Positions 1 to 8,256 of a stretch of 19,830 bases of DNA are shown here, piece by piece; the stretch's first letter is position 1, and each line of letters opens with the position of its first letter. Source of the stretch: Fibrobacterota bacterium (GTDB taxonomy: Bacteria; Fibrobacterota; Fibrobacteria; UBA5070); contig JBDKGV010000034.1 of assembly GCA_039798005.1 (NCBI GenBank), positions 1-19,830 on the forward strand, written 5' to 3'. The translations under genes and the position numbers were made by a program. The notes beneath the pieces were generated by a model, which saw only the letters and a program-made list of their open reading frames with translations, did no database searches and was not told the origin of the DNA.

Positions 1-219
1 GACCGCAATGCGCAATTGAAGGCCGCCTGCGCTTGCACCGGCATCGGTCGAAAGCAATTGCGTGCCGTTGCTGCTGCCGGGGGCCGGGTAGAAGCCATCG
101 GCGCCAGGGAGGCTGCTTGTGGCCGTCACGCGTGCGTCGGTCTGGATCTTCCATGCGGACGTGTCGGGGACGTCGAAGAGACCGGAGGACAGGGAAAGGA
201 GGAGGGGAATCAGAAGCAT
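1..219 (-). CDS. Partial CDS (N-terminal 73 codons; runs off the window start): putative secreted protein with a hydrophobic N-terminus (MLLIPLLLSLSSG...)
   Basis: The reverse-complement frame is open from the ATG (A at 219) to position 1. GC3 is about 75%, above the bulk GC, which favours coding in this frame. The N-terminus is signal-peptide-like but has no charged n-region. It is absent from the ORF track because there is no in-window stop. The plus-strand ORF 16..327 in the same region has lower GC3 and a nonsense-like composition. Confidence 0.35.
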   Translation of the reverse strand, partial: MLLIPLLLSLSSGLFDVPDTSAWKIQTDARVTATSSLPGADGFYPAPGSSNGTQLLSTDAGASAGGLQLRIAV

Positions 220-327
220 GGCGACAAGTTACTCAATCCCCCTGTCAGCCCATCCCGCAGGCGCCTCTTCGCGAGGCTCATGGCGATTCCCACGGCAAAG
301 CCACGGCCTTGGCCCTATGTTGCAGGC

Positions 328-609
328 ATGCTCCGACGCTCCATGCATCATGTTTGCCCCAATTGCGGCAATGAAGGCCCCGCCCCTGTTCAAGGTCCGG
401 GAAAACTTCTCTGGATCGTCATCTTGGCGGTGGTCTGGAACGCGTGGCTCTTCCATCGCGCACAGATGGAATGGGAAGCCTTGGCTGCGTGCCTGTTTGC
501 GCTTCTTTCGGCGTGGGGCGCCTCAAAATTGCCACGGTGGGTGACATGCCCCGCTTGCAAATGGAAGCATCCGATCAACAAGGATGAGCAGCGCAATCGC
601 TCGGAGTGA
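328..609 (+). CDS. Small (93 aa) zinc-ribbon membrane protein: CPNC ... two hydrophobic helices ... CPAC
   Basis: This is the in-frame ATG at 328 inside ORF 16..609. Two CxxC pairs (CPNCG, CPACK) flank two hydrophobic segments (LLWIVILAVVWNAWLF, ALAACLFALLSAWGA). It is divergent from the partial minus-strand gene at 1..219. No family is recognised. Confidence 0.4.
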   Translation: MLRRSMHHVCPNCGNEGPAPVQGPGKLLWIVILAVVWNAWLFHRAQMEWEALAACLFALLSAWGASKLPRWVTCPACKWKHPINKDEQRNRSE

Positions 610-624
610 TTGCGCCTTGGGCTG

Positions 625-1887
625 TCAGGGCTTCAAGACCCCGTCCGGATCGCCTTCAAAGCTTGCTGGATAGGTGCGGTCCCGCCAAAGCCAGTAGGCT
701 TCCGAAAACTCTCCACGCAGGAGATTGGATGGTGTCGGGCGGCCATTGCCGTCGCGATCCTGCCAGACCTCGATGCGCCAGCGTCCGGGTTTGAGGGGAA
801 GCCGGGCGCGGCCTGCCACGAAAGGCCTCATGACGGGGCGGGTGCGCGCGCTCATGGGCCATGCGCGTGCCCACAAGGGTGCGGAGGCGAGATTCAATCC
901 GGGATGGGACGAATCGCGCAAGGCCGTGTCGGCAAGGATCACATACGCCATGGAATCCGAGGGGCGGGCGGTGTCGAGAGCCGTGAGCGAGTCGAGCTTC
1001 AAGGAGTCGACAAGTGCCAAGGAATCGACCTTGTGGACCGAATCGCGCTGGACCTTGGTCCATTTGGTGGTGTCGACTGAGTCCTTTTTCGGGGTGACCG
1101 TGTCGATGCGCCCAAGCAATGCGGCACCACGCCACATGCTCTTGGGGCCGGTCAATTCGATCACGCCCAAGGTTGCGGCGGAATCGCTGCTGGTGCGGCA
1201 GAACCCGTCACCACCACGATCGGTGTTGGCAACCGCCAAGTAGCGTCCGGGGGGAATGTGCCGCAGACGGGCGATGCCCAAGGAATCCACGATGGCCGAA
1301 TAGAGCGGCTTTTCGCGAAGGGGCATTGGCGACAAGGAAAGCCATTGGGTGCTGTCGCGACTTTTCAGGAGGCGTTTGAGTCCTGTGCGGCGCAGGGAAT
1401 CTGCGGGATACAGGCCCACGCGCGTCCCGGTGGGGGCTTGGTTGGCCGGGGCTCCGTTGACGAAGGTCTTGACTTCCACGGTTCCCGAGTCCATCACCGT
1501 GCCGGTGGCGAAGACCAGTGAGATTTCCTCCTGGGACTTTCCATCGCGCCAATCCTTGATGCCGGGGGCAAATCGCACGCTGTAGGTCGCAGGGCTGTCC
1601 AGCGGCTCCGTAAAGGAAAGCTTCACCCGGTCCCCGTCGATCTCGATGCGGGTGCGACTGGGGGGCGTCGGGGAAATGGTGAGATTCTTGCCCAGGGTGG
1701 TGGCCTGAATCCACTTGTTCCATTGAAGTTCAATGACTTGGTTGCGATCGACCTTGACCGCGCCGTTTTCGGGCACGGTGCGCAGGACGACCACGGCGCT
1801 GGAGTCCACCGGCCCGCCCGAAGGGGCTTGGACGACCGCGCAGCCTCCCAGCCAAGCGAGGGAGAGGCAGAGGACCTTACGGATCAT
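625..1887 (-). CDS. Lipoprotein with an N-terminal SbsA/Big_5-type Ig-like domain, a central DS[LV]-repeat segment and a C-terminal DUF2141-like domain
   Basis: Signal peptide plus lipobox (LAWLGGC). The Ig-like block runs VVVLRTVPENGAVKV...YSVRFAPGIKD. The C-terminus RWRIEVWQDRDGNGRPTPSNLLRGEFSEAYW resembles the DUF2141 motif (hDENgNGklDtn.lGiP.EgyGFSN). The start overlaps the lepB stop by 11 nt, which argues for co-transcription. Confidence 0.8.
   Translation of the reverse strand: MIRKVLCLSLAWLGGCAVVQAPSGGPVDSSAVVVLRTVPENGAVKVDRNQVIELQWNKWIQATTLGKNLTISPTPPSRTRIEIDGDRVKLSFTEPLDSPATYSVRFAPGIKDWRDGKSQEEISLVFATGTVMDSGTVEVKTFVNGAPANQAPTGTRVGLYPADSLRRTGLKRLLKSRDSTQWLSLSPMPLREKPLYSAIVDSLGIARLRHIPPGRYLAVANTDRGGDGFCRTSSDSAATLGVIELTGPKSMWRGAALLGRIDTVTPKKDSVDTTKWTKVQRDSVHKVDSLALVDSLKLDSLTALDTARPSDSMAYVILADTALRDSSHPGLNLASAPLWARAWPMSARTRPVMRPFVAGRARLPLKPGRWRIEVWQDRDGNGRPTPSNLLRGEFSEAYWLWRDRTYPASFEGDPDGVLKP
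957..1080 (-). repeat. Imperfect tandem ~18-nt coding repeats (GAGTCGAC/GAATCGAC cores) that encode DS[LV]-rich peptide repeats in the lipoprotein
   Basis: CAAGGAGTCGACAAGTGC and CAAGGAATCGACCTTGTG are adjacent. Further GAGTCGAG and GTGTCGAC units follow. The protein reads DSVHKVDSLALVDSLKLDSLTALD. Confidence 0.4.
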
Positions 1888-3136
1888 CGACCAACCGCCC
1901 GAGACGGTTCCAGCGGATGCGCAGCGGAATCGAAAGCCAGCTCACCGGATTGGTGAAGGCAAAACCGTCATCGGCATTCTCGAAGCTGAAGTAGAGCACG
2001 AAGGCGCGGGCCTTGACATTGCGACGGGCAAGCAGTCCCCAGAAGCGTCCGTCCGAGGAGTTGTCGCGATTGTCACCCATCATCAAGAACACGGGCTCCT
2101 TGAGGGTGTACTTGGCCTGCCATTTGTCGTCCAGGAAGATGCGCTTGCGCAAGGTCATCTTGATGCTGTCCCGGCCAGCGTACTTGGCCTGCAAGGCGCG
2201 TTCCATCACCGAACTGCCGTAGGGCATGGGACCGATGTGCTCGATCTGGGTCAGCTTGCCGGCGGGAATCTCGATCCCGTGATGGAACCGGGAAAGCCCT
2301 TGGGAAAAGTCGTTGAGCGAGATGCTTGCGATTTCCTGCCCATCGGGATAGGGGAGGTTCGCGAAGGAGACGGCCCGCAGGAAATAGCGGTCTTCCAAGG
2401 CTGGCAGGGAAATGCCGTAGGCGGTGTCATCCGCCAGAGGCTTGCCATTGATCTCGACCCAGAGGCTGCAGCGAACGGCCTGTTCAGGATGTTCTTGGAT
2501 CGCCACTCCGTAAAAGCGGATGAAGTTTTCCAAGGAAAGCGTGTCGAGATCGAGGGACTCGCCGGGCTTGGGCAGGTGGAGGGGGCCGAGCGAATCGCGG
2601 GGCCTTTCCAGAATGGCAAGTTTGGGGCGATCGCCATAGTGGCCGTTGGGAGGCAGGATCTGCTCCTTGCCGTCGATCATGAGTTGCTGGCCACGCATGG
2701 CAACGGTTTGCCCGCTGGTGGCGACGCAGCGTTTGATGAAGTCCTTGGGCTCGTAGCGCACCACATGGTTTGCGGTCTTGTCCCAATAAAAATCGCCGAT
2801 CAGAAGGATCTTGGCCAAAAGCTGGAAACGCTCGGGGTTGCGGTCGGGGACTTCCGGATCCATCGGGTAGCGGAAGATGATGACATCGCCCGGCTTGGGT
2901 TCCTGGATGGCAGGAAGGCGCTTGTTTGTGAACGGGATCGGGGCCCCGTAGACGAACTTGAGTCCCAGAAGGAAGTCTCCGATCAACAGGGAGCGTTCCA
3001 TGGACCCGGAGGGGATCTTGAAGGACTGGACGAGGAACTGGATCACGATCAGAGCCATCACCAGAGGAATGGTGAGTTCTCGATTGAGAGTCTTGATCCA
3101 AGACTTGGGGGGCTGCTTGTCGTTTCCTTCGCTCAT
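1877..3136 (-). CDS. lepB: Signal peptidase I (LepB, S26 family), 419 aa, single N-terminal TM
   Basis: Box B PSGSMERSLLIGDFLL carries the catalytic Ser. Box C is YIKRCVATSGQTV. Box D/E GDNRDNSSDGRFWG carries the catalytic Lys region. There is a large insertion between boxes C and D, as in E. coli LepB domain II. Confidence 0.9.
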   Translation of the reverse strand: MSEGNDKQPPKSWIKTLNRELTIPLVMALIVIQFLVQSFKIPSGSMERSLLIGDFLLGLKFVYGAPIPFTNKRLPAIQEPKPGDVIIFRYPMDPEVPDRNPERFQLLAKILLIGDFYWDKTANHVVRYEPKDFIKRCVATSGQTVAMRGQQLMIDGKEQILPPNGHYGDRPKLAILERPRDSLGPLHLPKPGESLDLDTLSLENFIRFYGVAIQEHPEQAVRCSLWVEINGKPLADDTAYGISLPALEDRYFLRAVSFANLPYPDGQEIASISLNDFSQGLSRFHHGIEIPAGKLTQIEHIGPMPYGSSVMERALQAKYAGRDSIKMTLRKRIFLDDKWQAKYTLKEPVFLMMGDNRDNSSDGRFWGLLARRNVKARAFVLYFSFENADDGFAFTNPVSWLSIPLRIRWNRLGRLVDDP

Positions 3137-3169
3137 GTGAGCGTCAAGCTAGAAAATGCAAGGCTGTCG

Positions 3170-3526
3170 TCAGGCTGCAACCGGATGGCGCCAGCCATCT
3201 TCGCCAGCCAAGTCCGCTTCGCTGACGAGGGAGGGCAGGGAGATGGACTTGCCGATTGGAGCACCATAGCGCCAGCATTCGATGTCCCGGATGTACCAGA
3301 CTTCGTTGTTCTTGGCCCGGGTGCGCAGATAGCTCAAGACCTTTTCAAGTCCGGTGCCGTCACCGGGGACCATGGCGTGCGTCGAGAGAACGCAAAGCCG
3401 AGTCGATTCCTTGGCCAATACGCAATGGCCACGACCGGGACCGTTCCAAAGACCGCGCAGGGCGGCCTGGAGTTCTTCGGTTTGGGCTTCTGTCTCCAGC
3501 TCAAAAACATATTCGCAGTAAGTCAT
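3170..3526 (-). CDS. Hypothetical 118-aa protein, possibly an ABM/Dabb-like alpha+beta barrel; first gene of the lepB operon
   Basis: The internal ATG at 3526 has a GGAGG Shine-Dalgarno 6-7 nt upstream (gcagaGGAGcacacaATG). The ORF-track start at 3610 lacks an RBS. It lies 33 nt upstream of lepB on the same strand. No family is confidently recognised; the resemblance is weak, namely an N-terminal pattern MTYCEYVFELETEAQTEELQAALRGL like ferredoxin-like stress-responsive barrels. Confidence 0.5.
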   Translation of the reverse strand: MTYCEYVFELETEAQTEELQAALRGLWNGPGRGHCVLAKESTRLCVLSTHAMVPGDGTGLEKVLSYLRTRAKNNEVWYIRDIECWRYGAPIGKSISLPSLVSEADLAGEDGWRHPVAA

Positions 3527-3729
3527 TGTGTGCTCCTCTGCAAACCAAGGTATGGCCGGCAAAGGGCATTTCAAATGAAGTCGGCGGATCAAACTGAAGA
3601 AACTGTGCACAACCAGAGCACAAAATGGCCCCCGTCAATTCATGTAACCCACTATACACGCAGGAAATGCGAATTTTGCGAGTTGGCCCGATTCTTGTAT
3701 TGCTCACTCATTTTGATGCACGAACAACT

Positions 3730-5142
3730 TCAGGAGCACACGCGGGCAAGGCTCGAAAGCGGGATTCCGACCCAAGTGGGGCGGTTGCGAAGCTCGTAAA
3801 GGAGCTCGTAGAGAAGTTTTTCGGCCAAGTGGAAGTCCAGAAGATCCTGGAACTCCTTGGGATCACAGGGAACCAAGGGAGTGCCGGTCACCGCTGCGAG
3901 GTATCCGGAAAGGAAGGCTTGGCTGGCCGCATCGCGCCAAGCCAAGGCGGTTTCCTCGTGGCCGGGAGCATTGCGCAGGGCGACTTGGGCCGCGTAGTCC
4001 ATGGAGCGCAGCATTCCCGCCACATCCTTGAGGGGGGATTGCAGTTTTCGACGTTCTGCCAAGGAACGGGCGGGCTCCCCCTCAAAATCCAGCACCAGGG
4101 CGTCGCCTTCGCGCCAAAGCACCTGACCCAGATGGTAGTCGCCATGGCAGCGGATGCGCACCGTATGCGGATCGACCGAAGGGGCTTCGGCAAGTTTGGC
4201 CAGAATTTCCTCGCGACGAGCCAAGATGGCGCGGGCAAGGGTCAGATCTTCGGGATTCAAGGCGCTCAAGGTCTGTTCCAAAAGCGCAAGGGCTTCTTCA
4301 CCCAAGGCATGGGCTCGCAGGGCCGTGGCTTCGAGGTCGCTGTCGGTCAAGGGGCGCGGGGCGAAGTCAGGCTGATCTGTGGTGCCGACCAAGGCGCGGT
4401 GCAATTCCCCGGTGCGCAGACCCAAGGTGCGGCACCAACCGATGGCGGGCTCTTCGCAGGCGAGTTCCGCCGGGACGCCGGAGTTGAGAAGCTCGGAAAG
4501 CAACGACTGGGCGTGATCCCAAGCATCACACGCACCGGTCACCTTTTCCCAGACTTGCAGGAGCACGAGGGGTTCGGGGCCGGCTCCGTCGAGCAGGAGG
4601 GCGCCAAGGGTGGCGGGCACGCGGGCGGTGCGGCCGGCAAGGAAGCGGCCGATCTCCCAGTCGGGGCTGGTGCCTTCCGGAAGCTTGCGGAAAAGCTTGG
4701 CAAAGCCGGTCTCTCCCAAGGTGCAGGAGGAATTGCTTTGTTCCAGATGGCTGGGAGTTGCCGGGAGCCATTCGCCTTTGGGAAGAACATCGGTGCGGAT
4801 GCCGGTCAATCCGGAGCCTGATTCACAGGTCCAGACGGCTTGGGCCAAGCGTTCCAAGGCGGCGGGCACCTGGGCGGCATCGACGAGGATGCCGTCGGAG
4901 CGGCGCGCGATGATGGCGACCTCGGCCGTGGAGGAATCCAAGATCAGAGGGACGAAGTAGCGCGCCTGGGTTCCGTCGGAAAACTCCATCGCGACGACGG
5001 CGAGTTCCAAGTCGCCCAAGCGTGGAGACGCCACCACGGAAAGTCCGGTCGGCGTCCTTCCCTTGTCACCGAACCAACGCTGTGAAACGATCCAGGACCC
5101 GATGGCCTCCAGAGAACCTTCGGCCAATCCTACCTGCAACAT
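3730..5142 (-). CDS. mak: Maltokinase (Mak/Pep2; GlgE alpha-glucan pathway), aminoglycoside-phosphotransferase-like fold
   Basis: N-terminal WIVSQRWFGDKGR motif. Kinase core IRCHGDYHLGQVL and VLDFEGEPARSLAERR. C-terminal EKLLYELLYELRNRPTWVGIPL. All are typical of Pep2/Mak. The start is taken at MLQ (5142) or MFF (5151); the 5238 start is an unlikely extension. Confidence 0.75.
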   Translation of the reverse strand: MLQVGLAEGSLEAIGSWIVSQRWFGDKGRTPTGLSVVASPRLGDLELAVVAMEFSDGTQARYFVPLILDSSTAEVAIIARRSDGILVDAAQVPAALERLAQAVWTCESGSGLTGIRTDVLPKGEWLPATPSHLEQSNSSCTLGETGFAKLFRKLPEGTSPDWEIGRFLAGRTARVPATLGALLLDGAGPEPLVLLQVWEKVTGACDAWDHAQSLLSELLNSGVPAELACEEPAIGWCRTLGLRTGELHRALVGTTDQPDFAPRPLTDSDLEATALRAHALGEEALALLEQTLSALNPEDLTLARAILARREEILAKLAEAPSVDPHTVRIRCHGDYHLGQVLWREGDALVLDFEGEPARSLAERRKLQSPLKDVAGMLRSMDYAAQVALRNAPGHEETALAWRDAASQAFLSGYLAAVTGTPLVPCDPKEFQDLLDFHLAEKLLYELLYELRNRPTWVGIPLSSLARVCS

Positions 5143-5287
5143 GAAAAACATCCCTTCGCAATAACGAGTGCTGTGTGCGAAGATACGGCTTACCCCCCTC
5201 GGAAAGCAACCTTGCCAGGCAAAATGGTGAGAGAACAATTGGTAAACTCATCCTTGGACATCACACCATCGAAAGGAACTCCGACCC

Positions 5288-6103
5288 ATGGCCTATGCGA
5301 ATTCACCCAGTGCATCTCCCCGATTCTCCCCACGACAGGTCGTGTTGGCCATCGCCGCCGTAGCGATGTTCCCTGTCGTGTTCGGGAGCGTCTATACCGT
5401 GAACTCGGGGGAGCGGGGCATCGTGCGCACCTTCGGGTCGGTCACAAGCGTCGTGGATGACGGCCTTCACTTCAAGATCCCGATGGTGCAGTCGGTGATC
5501 AAGGTCAATGTCAAGACCCAGAAGGCCCATTCGCCGGCATCGGCCGGAACCAAGGACATGCAGAGCGTGAATGCCGAGGTGGCCTTGAACTTCCACTTGG
5601 ATGCCGGACGGCTTTCCGAGATCTATTCGCGCTTTGGTCTGGATGTGGAGAACAACATCATCGAGCCGCGCATCCAGGAGGTGGTGAAGGCCGTGGTGGC
5701 CAAGTATTCCGCCGACCAATTGCTGTCGCAGCGCGAGGCGGTCAAGCGGGAAATCGCCCAGACCATGAAGGCATCGGTGGCTCCGTACTTCATCGTGGTC
5801 GAGGACATCCAGATCACCAACTTCAAGTTCTCCGAATCGTTCAACGCGGCGATCGAATCGAAGCAGACGGCCGAGCAGTCGGCCTTCAAGGCCAAGAACG
5901 ACCTGGAGCGCATCAAGATCGAGGCTGAACAGAAGATCGCCACGGCCCGCGCCGAGGCGGAGGCCATCAAGATCCAGTCGGAGGCCGTGCGGGCCCAAGG
6001 CGGCAAGGAATATGTGCAGATGAAGGCGATCGAGAAGTGGGACGGCAAGCTCCCGACCTACGCGGGTGGCAACGGGCCGCTTCCCTTCATCGATGTGAAG
6101 TAG
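5288..6103 (+). CDS. SPFH/band-7 (prohibitin/HflC-like) membrane protein
   Basis: N-terminal TM (VVLAIAAVAMFPVVFGSVY) followed by an SPFH domain (VNSGERGIVRTFG...; EPRIQEVVKAVVAKYSADQLLSQREAV) and a coiled-coil tail (KIEAEQKIATARAEAEAIKIQSEA). The RBS AAAGGAAC lies 9 nt upstream. Confidence 0.9.
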   Translation: MAYANSPSASPRFSPRQVVLAIAAVAMFPVVFGSVYTVNSGERGIVRTFGSVTSVVDDGLHFKIPMVQSVIKVNVKTQKAHSPASAGTKDMQSVNAEVALNFHLDAGRLSEIYSRFGLDVENNIIEPRIQEVVKAVVAKYSADQLLSQREAVKREIAQTMKASVAPYFIVVEDIQITNFKFSESFNAAIESKQTAEQSAFKAKNDLERIKIEAEQKIATARAEAEAIKIQSEAVRAQGGKEYVQMKAIEKWDGKLPTYAGGNGPLPFIDVK

Positions 6104-6154
6104 TCCCGATCGCGCCAGCCATGCGCAGGGCCGGCGCAGCCGGGTGGCGCCCGA

Positions 6155-6228
6155 GGGGTTTCACCCCTGTCGGGCGATCACCGACCGGAGGGCAGCCCGC
6201 AGCACGGCGGCCCCGCGCTTGCGCGGGG
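6155..6228 (+). other. Two GC-rich hairpins between the SPFH gene and the LtaS-like gene: GGGGTttcACCCC at 6155-6167, and CCCCGCGCttGCGCGGGG at 6211-6228
   Basis: Read directly. There is no downstream U-tract, so this may be an RNA structural or regulatory element, or a Rho-dependent or attenuating structure, rather than a canonical intrinsic terminator. Confidence 0.3.
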
Positions 6229-6260
6229 AGGCGCCCTGAGGATCTAGATTCAAGGGCTCT

Positions 6261-8228
6261 ATGAACGGCTCATCTCGCCCCCTGCTTGCGCGCGCCCTTG
6301 CTTGGACCTTTGCCGTGTGGGTGGTCCATGCCGTGTTGCGCTTGGCGGTGCTGGCGCGGCCTGATGCCTTCGGCCTGCCCTTCGTGGGCAAGGTCGACTG
6401 GTACATCTTCCACGCGATGTGCTTTGATCTGCGCTGGATCACGGTGGCCTCGCTTCCGTTCGTGGCGCATGTGGGCTTTTGGGAGCATCGCAAGGCGTGG
6501 TGGGCGCAGGCCGGACTTTGGAGCCTTTACGGGCTGCACGGGCTGTTGCTTGTCGTGACATTGATCGACCATGAGACGTACCGGTTCATGGGCTGTCACT
6601 TCTCGCCGGACATCTTCTCGACCTACGGAAACACGGCTGCCGGGCGTCAGCTCTTGGGATTCCTGAGCAACGACAAGGGCGGGCGCTTCCTGCCGATCGT
6701 GCTGCTCTTGGGGGCGATTCCGCTGGCGTATCTTGTGGCGCGTTGGCTGCGGACTCGCCGTTGGTTCTCCGACAAGCCCGCCTTGAAGGGCCTTTTGATC
6801 ACTTTCGTGGTGGCCAACCTCACGGGCTGGCTCTACACCGAGATGATCTGGGGAGGCGGCTTTCGGGCCAAGAAGCTGGCGCCGGTGTGGTCGGTGTGGT
6901 GGACCTCCCTGCGCGAGGCGCGCACCTCAAGGGTGCCGGACGCCGAATTCAAGACCCTCACGGCAGCGCACCAAGCCCGTTGGAAAGCCGAGAACGCCTC
7001 GGACTCCCTGTGGGATTTCCCTGACGCGAAGCTTCCTTACTGGAAGGTTCCGCGGGGCGGGGAACATGTCGCGCCTCGCGACTCCCAGTGGAACATCGTG
7101 CTGATCGTGCTGGAATCCCATCGCGGCCTCAATTGCGGCTTCCTCAAGGCGGAAGGCGCGACCCGCGACGCGACCCCGTTCCTCAATTCGATCGCACCAA
7201 GCGCGGAGGTCTGGACCCGCTACCAGTGCCCGGCCCTGCCCACCGTCCGGGCCTTGACGTCGATTCATCTGGGGATCCTCAATCATCCGACCAAGAACCT
7301 GACCAGTGACAACATGGGCCTTGCCAACCGTGCGCTTCCGGCGATCCTGGGGCAGGCGGGATGGACCACGGCCTTCTTCTCGGCCGCAGACCCGGCTTGG
7401 GACAACCAGACCCCTTGGTTGCGGCAGTGGTACCAGCGCTCGGACTACGACCGCAGCCGGGAGAACGATCGGGACCTGTTTGCGCACGGGGCCAAGTGGA
7501 TGCGGAAAAATCTCGGGAAGGACAAGCCCTTCTTTGTGGCCTTCATGTCCAAGACCAACCATTACCCCTTCAATCCGGTGCCGGGCGTGGAAGACGCCGG
7601 GTCGGGGGACCTGCAGAAGCGCATGGACGCCACCATGCGTTACACCGAGAGGTCGGTCGCGGCCATGGTGGATTCCTTGCGGCGCGAGCCTTGGTTCGAC
7701 CGGACGATCTTCGTGATCACCGGGGACCATGCGTTTCCGCTGGAGGAACACGGGTCGTCCAGCATCGGATACGGGCTCTATTCGGAATCGGTGTGGCTGC
7801 CGTTGGTCATCTGGGGCAAGCATCCGCAGCTCAAGCCGGGGACGCGTCATGACGCGCCCGCCTCCCATCTGGACCTGGGGCCGACCCTCTTGAGGCTTGC
7901 CGGAGTGCGCAAAGCCAACCACTTCACCGGGCGCGATCTGCTGGCGCCGGTGCCGGAAGGGTTGATGCGGGTGACGACCGGAGGCGACGAACTTCTGGTG
8001 ACCACTGCCAAGGGACGCTACCACGGGACGCTCTCGGGGAATCCGCGGGAGCGGGGAGCCGAGGCCTTTGCCGCCTCGGATATCCTGGAGCGCACCCCAT
8101 TGGATCCGGGGCAGTGGGACGCGGAACTGCTTTCGCGGGCGCGGGCGGAAAGCCGGCTCCTGGAGGCCGTGCTGCAGCGCAATGGACTTTGTCCACCCCA
8201 GCCCGCTGAAGGCAAGCAGGGCGACTGA
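6261..8228 (+). CDS. LTA synthase / phosphoglycerol-transferase family (alkaline-phosphatase superfamily, sulfatase-like) membrane protein: 5 TM N-terminus plus an extracytoplasmic catalytic domain
   Basis: The N-terminal 200 aa hold multiple TM helices. The sulfatase/LtaS-like core includes IVLIVLESHRGLN, TAFFSAADPAWDN, FFVAFMSKTNHYPF and FVITGDHAFPLEEHG. It is 655 aa. Confidence 0.85.
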   Translation: MNGSSRPLLARALAWTFAVWVVHAVLRLAVLARPDAFGLPFVGKVDWYIFHAMCFDLRWITVASLPFVAHVGFWEHRKAWWAQAGLWSLYGLHGLLLVVTLIDHETYRFMGCHFSPDIFSTYGNTAAGRQLLGFLSNDKGGRFLPIVLLLGAIPLAYLVARWLRTRRWFSDKPALKGLLITFVVANLTGWLYTEMIWGGGFRAKKLAPVWSVWWTSLREARTSRVPDAEFKTLTAAHQARWKAENASDSLWDFPDAKLPYWKVPRGGEHVAPRDSQWNIVLIVLESHRGLNCGFLKAEGATRDATPFLNSIAPSAEVWTRYQCPALPTVRALTSIHLGILNHPTKNLTSDNMGLANRALPAILGQAGWTTAFFSAADPAWDNQTPWLRQWYQRSDYDRSRENDRDLFAHGAKWMRKNLGKDKPFFVAFMSKTNHYPFNPVPGVEDAGSGDLQKRMDATMRYTERSVAAMVDSLRREPWFDRTIFVITGDHAFPLEEHGSSSIGYGLYSESVWLPLVIWGKHPQLKPGTRHDAPASHLDLGPTLLRLAGVRKANHFTGRDLLAPVPEGLMRVTTGGDELLVTTAKGRYHGTLSGNPRERGAEAFAASDILERTPLDPGQWDAELLSRARAESRLLEAVLQRNGLCPPQPAEGKQGD

Positions 8229-8239
8229 CAGACGGGAGC

Positions 8240-8256
8240 TTGACAGAAATTGTCAA
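8240..8256. promoter_or_regulatory. Perfect 6-5-6 palindrome TTGACAGAAATTGTCAA about 110 nt upstream of the ModE-like regulator gene: candidate operator
   Basis: Read directly from the sequence. It is flanked by TGTCAGACAGTC (8257-8268) and by CGACTGACAGACG (8222-8234). It lies in the 136-nt intergenic region between the LtaS-like gene and the ModE-like gene. Confidence 0.35.

Noticed and set aside
16-327. Upstream part of plus-strand ORF 16..609
   Set aside because: Its translation is compositionally odd, third-position GC is low, and it overlaps a better-supported minus-strand start with a signal-peptide-like N-terminus. Only the 328..609 portion (the zinc-ribbon membrane protein) is kept.
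1733-3799. 688-aa plus-strand ORF
   Set aside because: It is antisense to lepB and to the small upstream gene. LepB carries unambiguous S26 catalytic boxes. The ORF's composition is low-complexity Gly/Ala/Arg-rich, typical of spurious ORFs in high-GC DNA.
6927-8024. 365-aa minus-strand ORF
   Set aside because: It is antisense to the LtaS/sulfatase-family gene, which has strong family motifs. It is Arg/Pro/Gly-rich and not a plausible protein.
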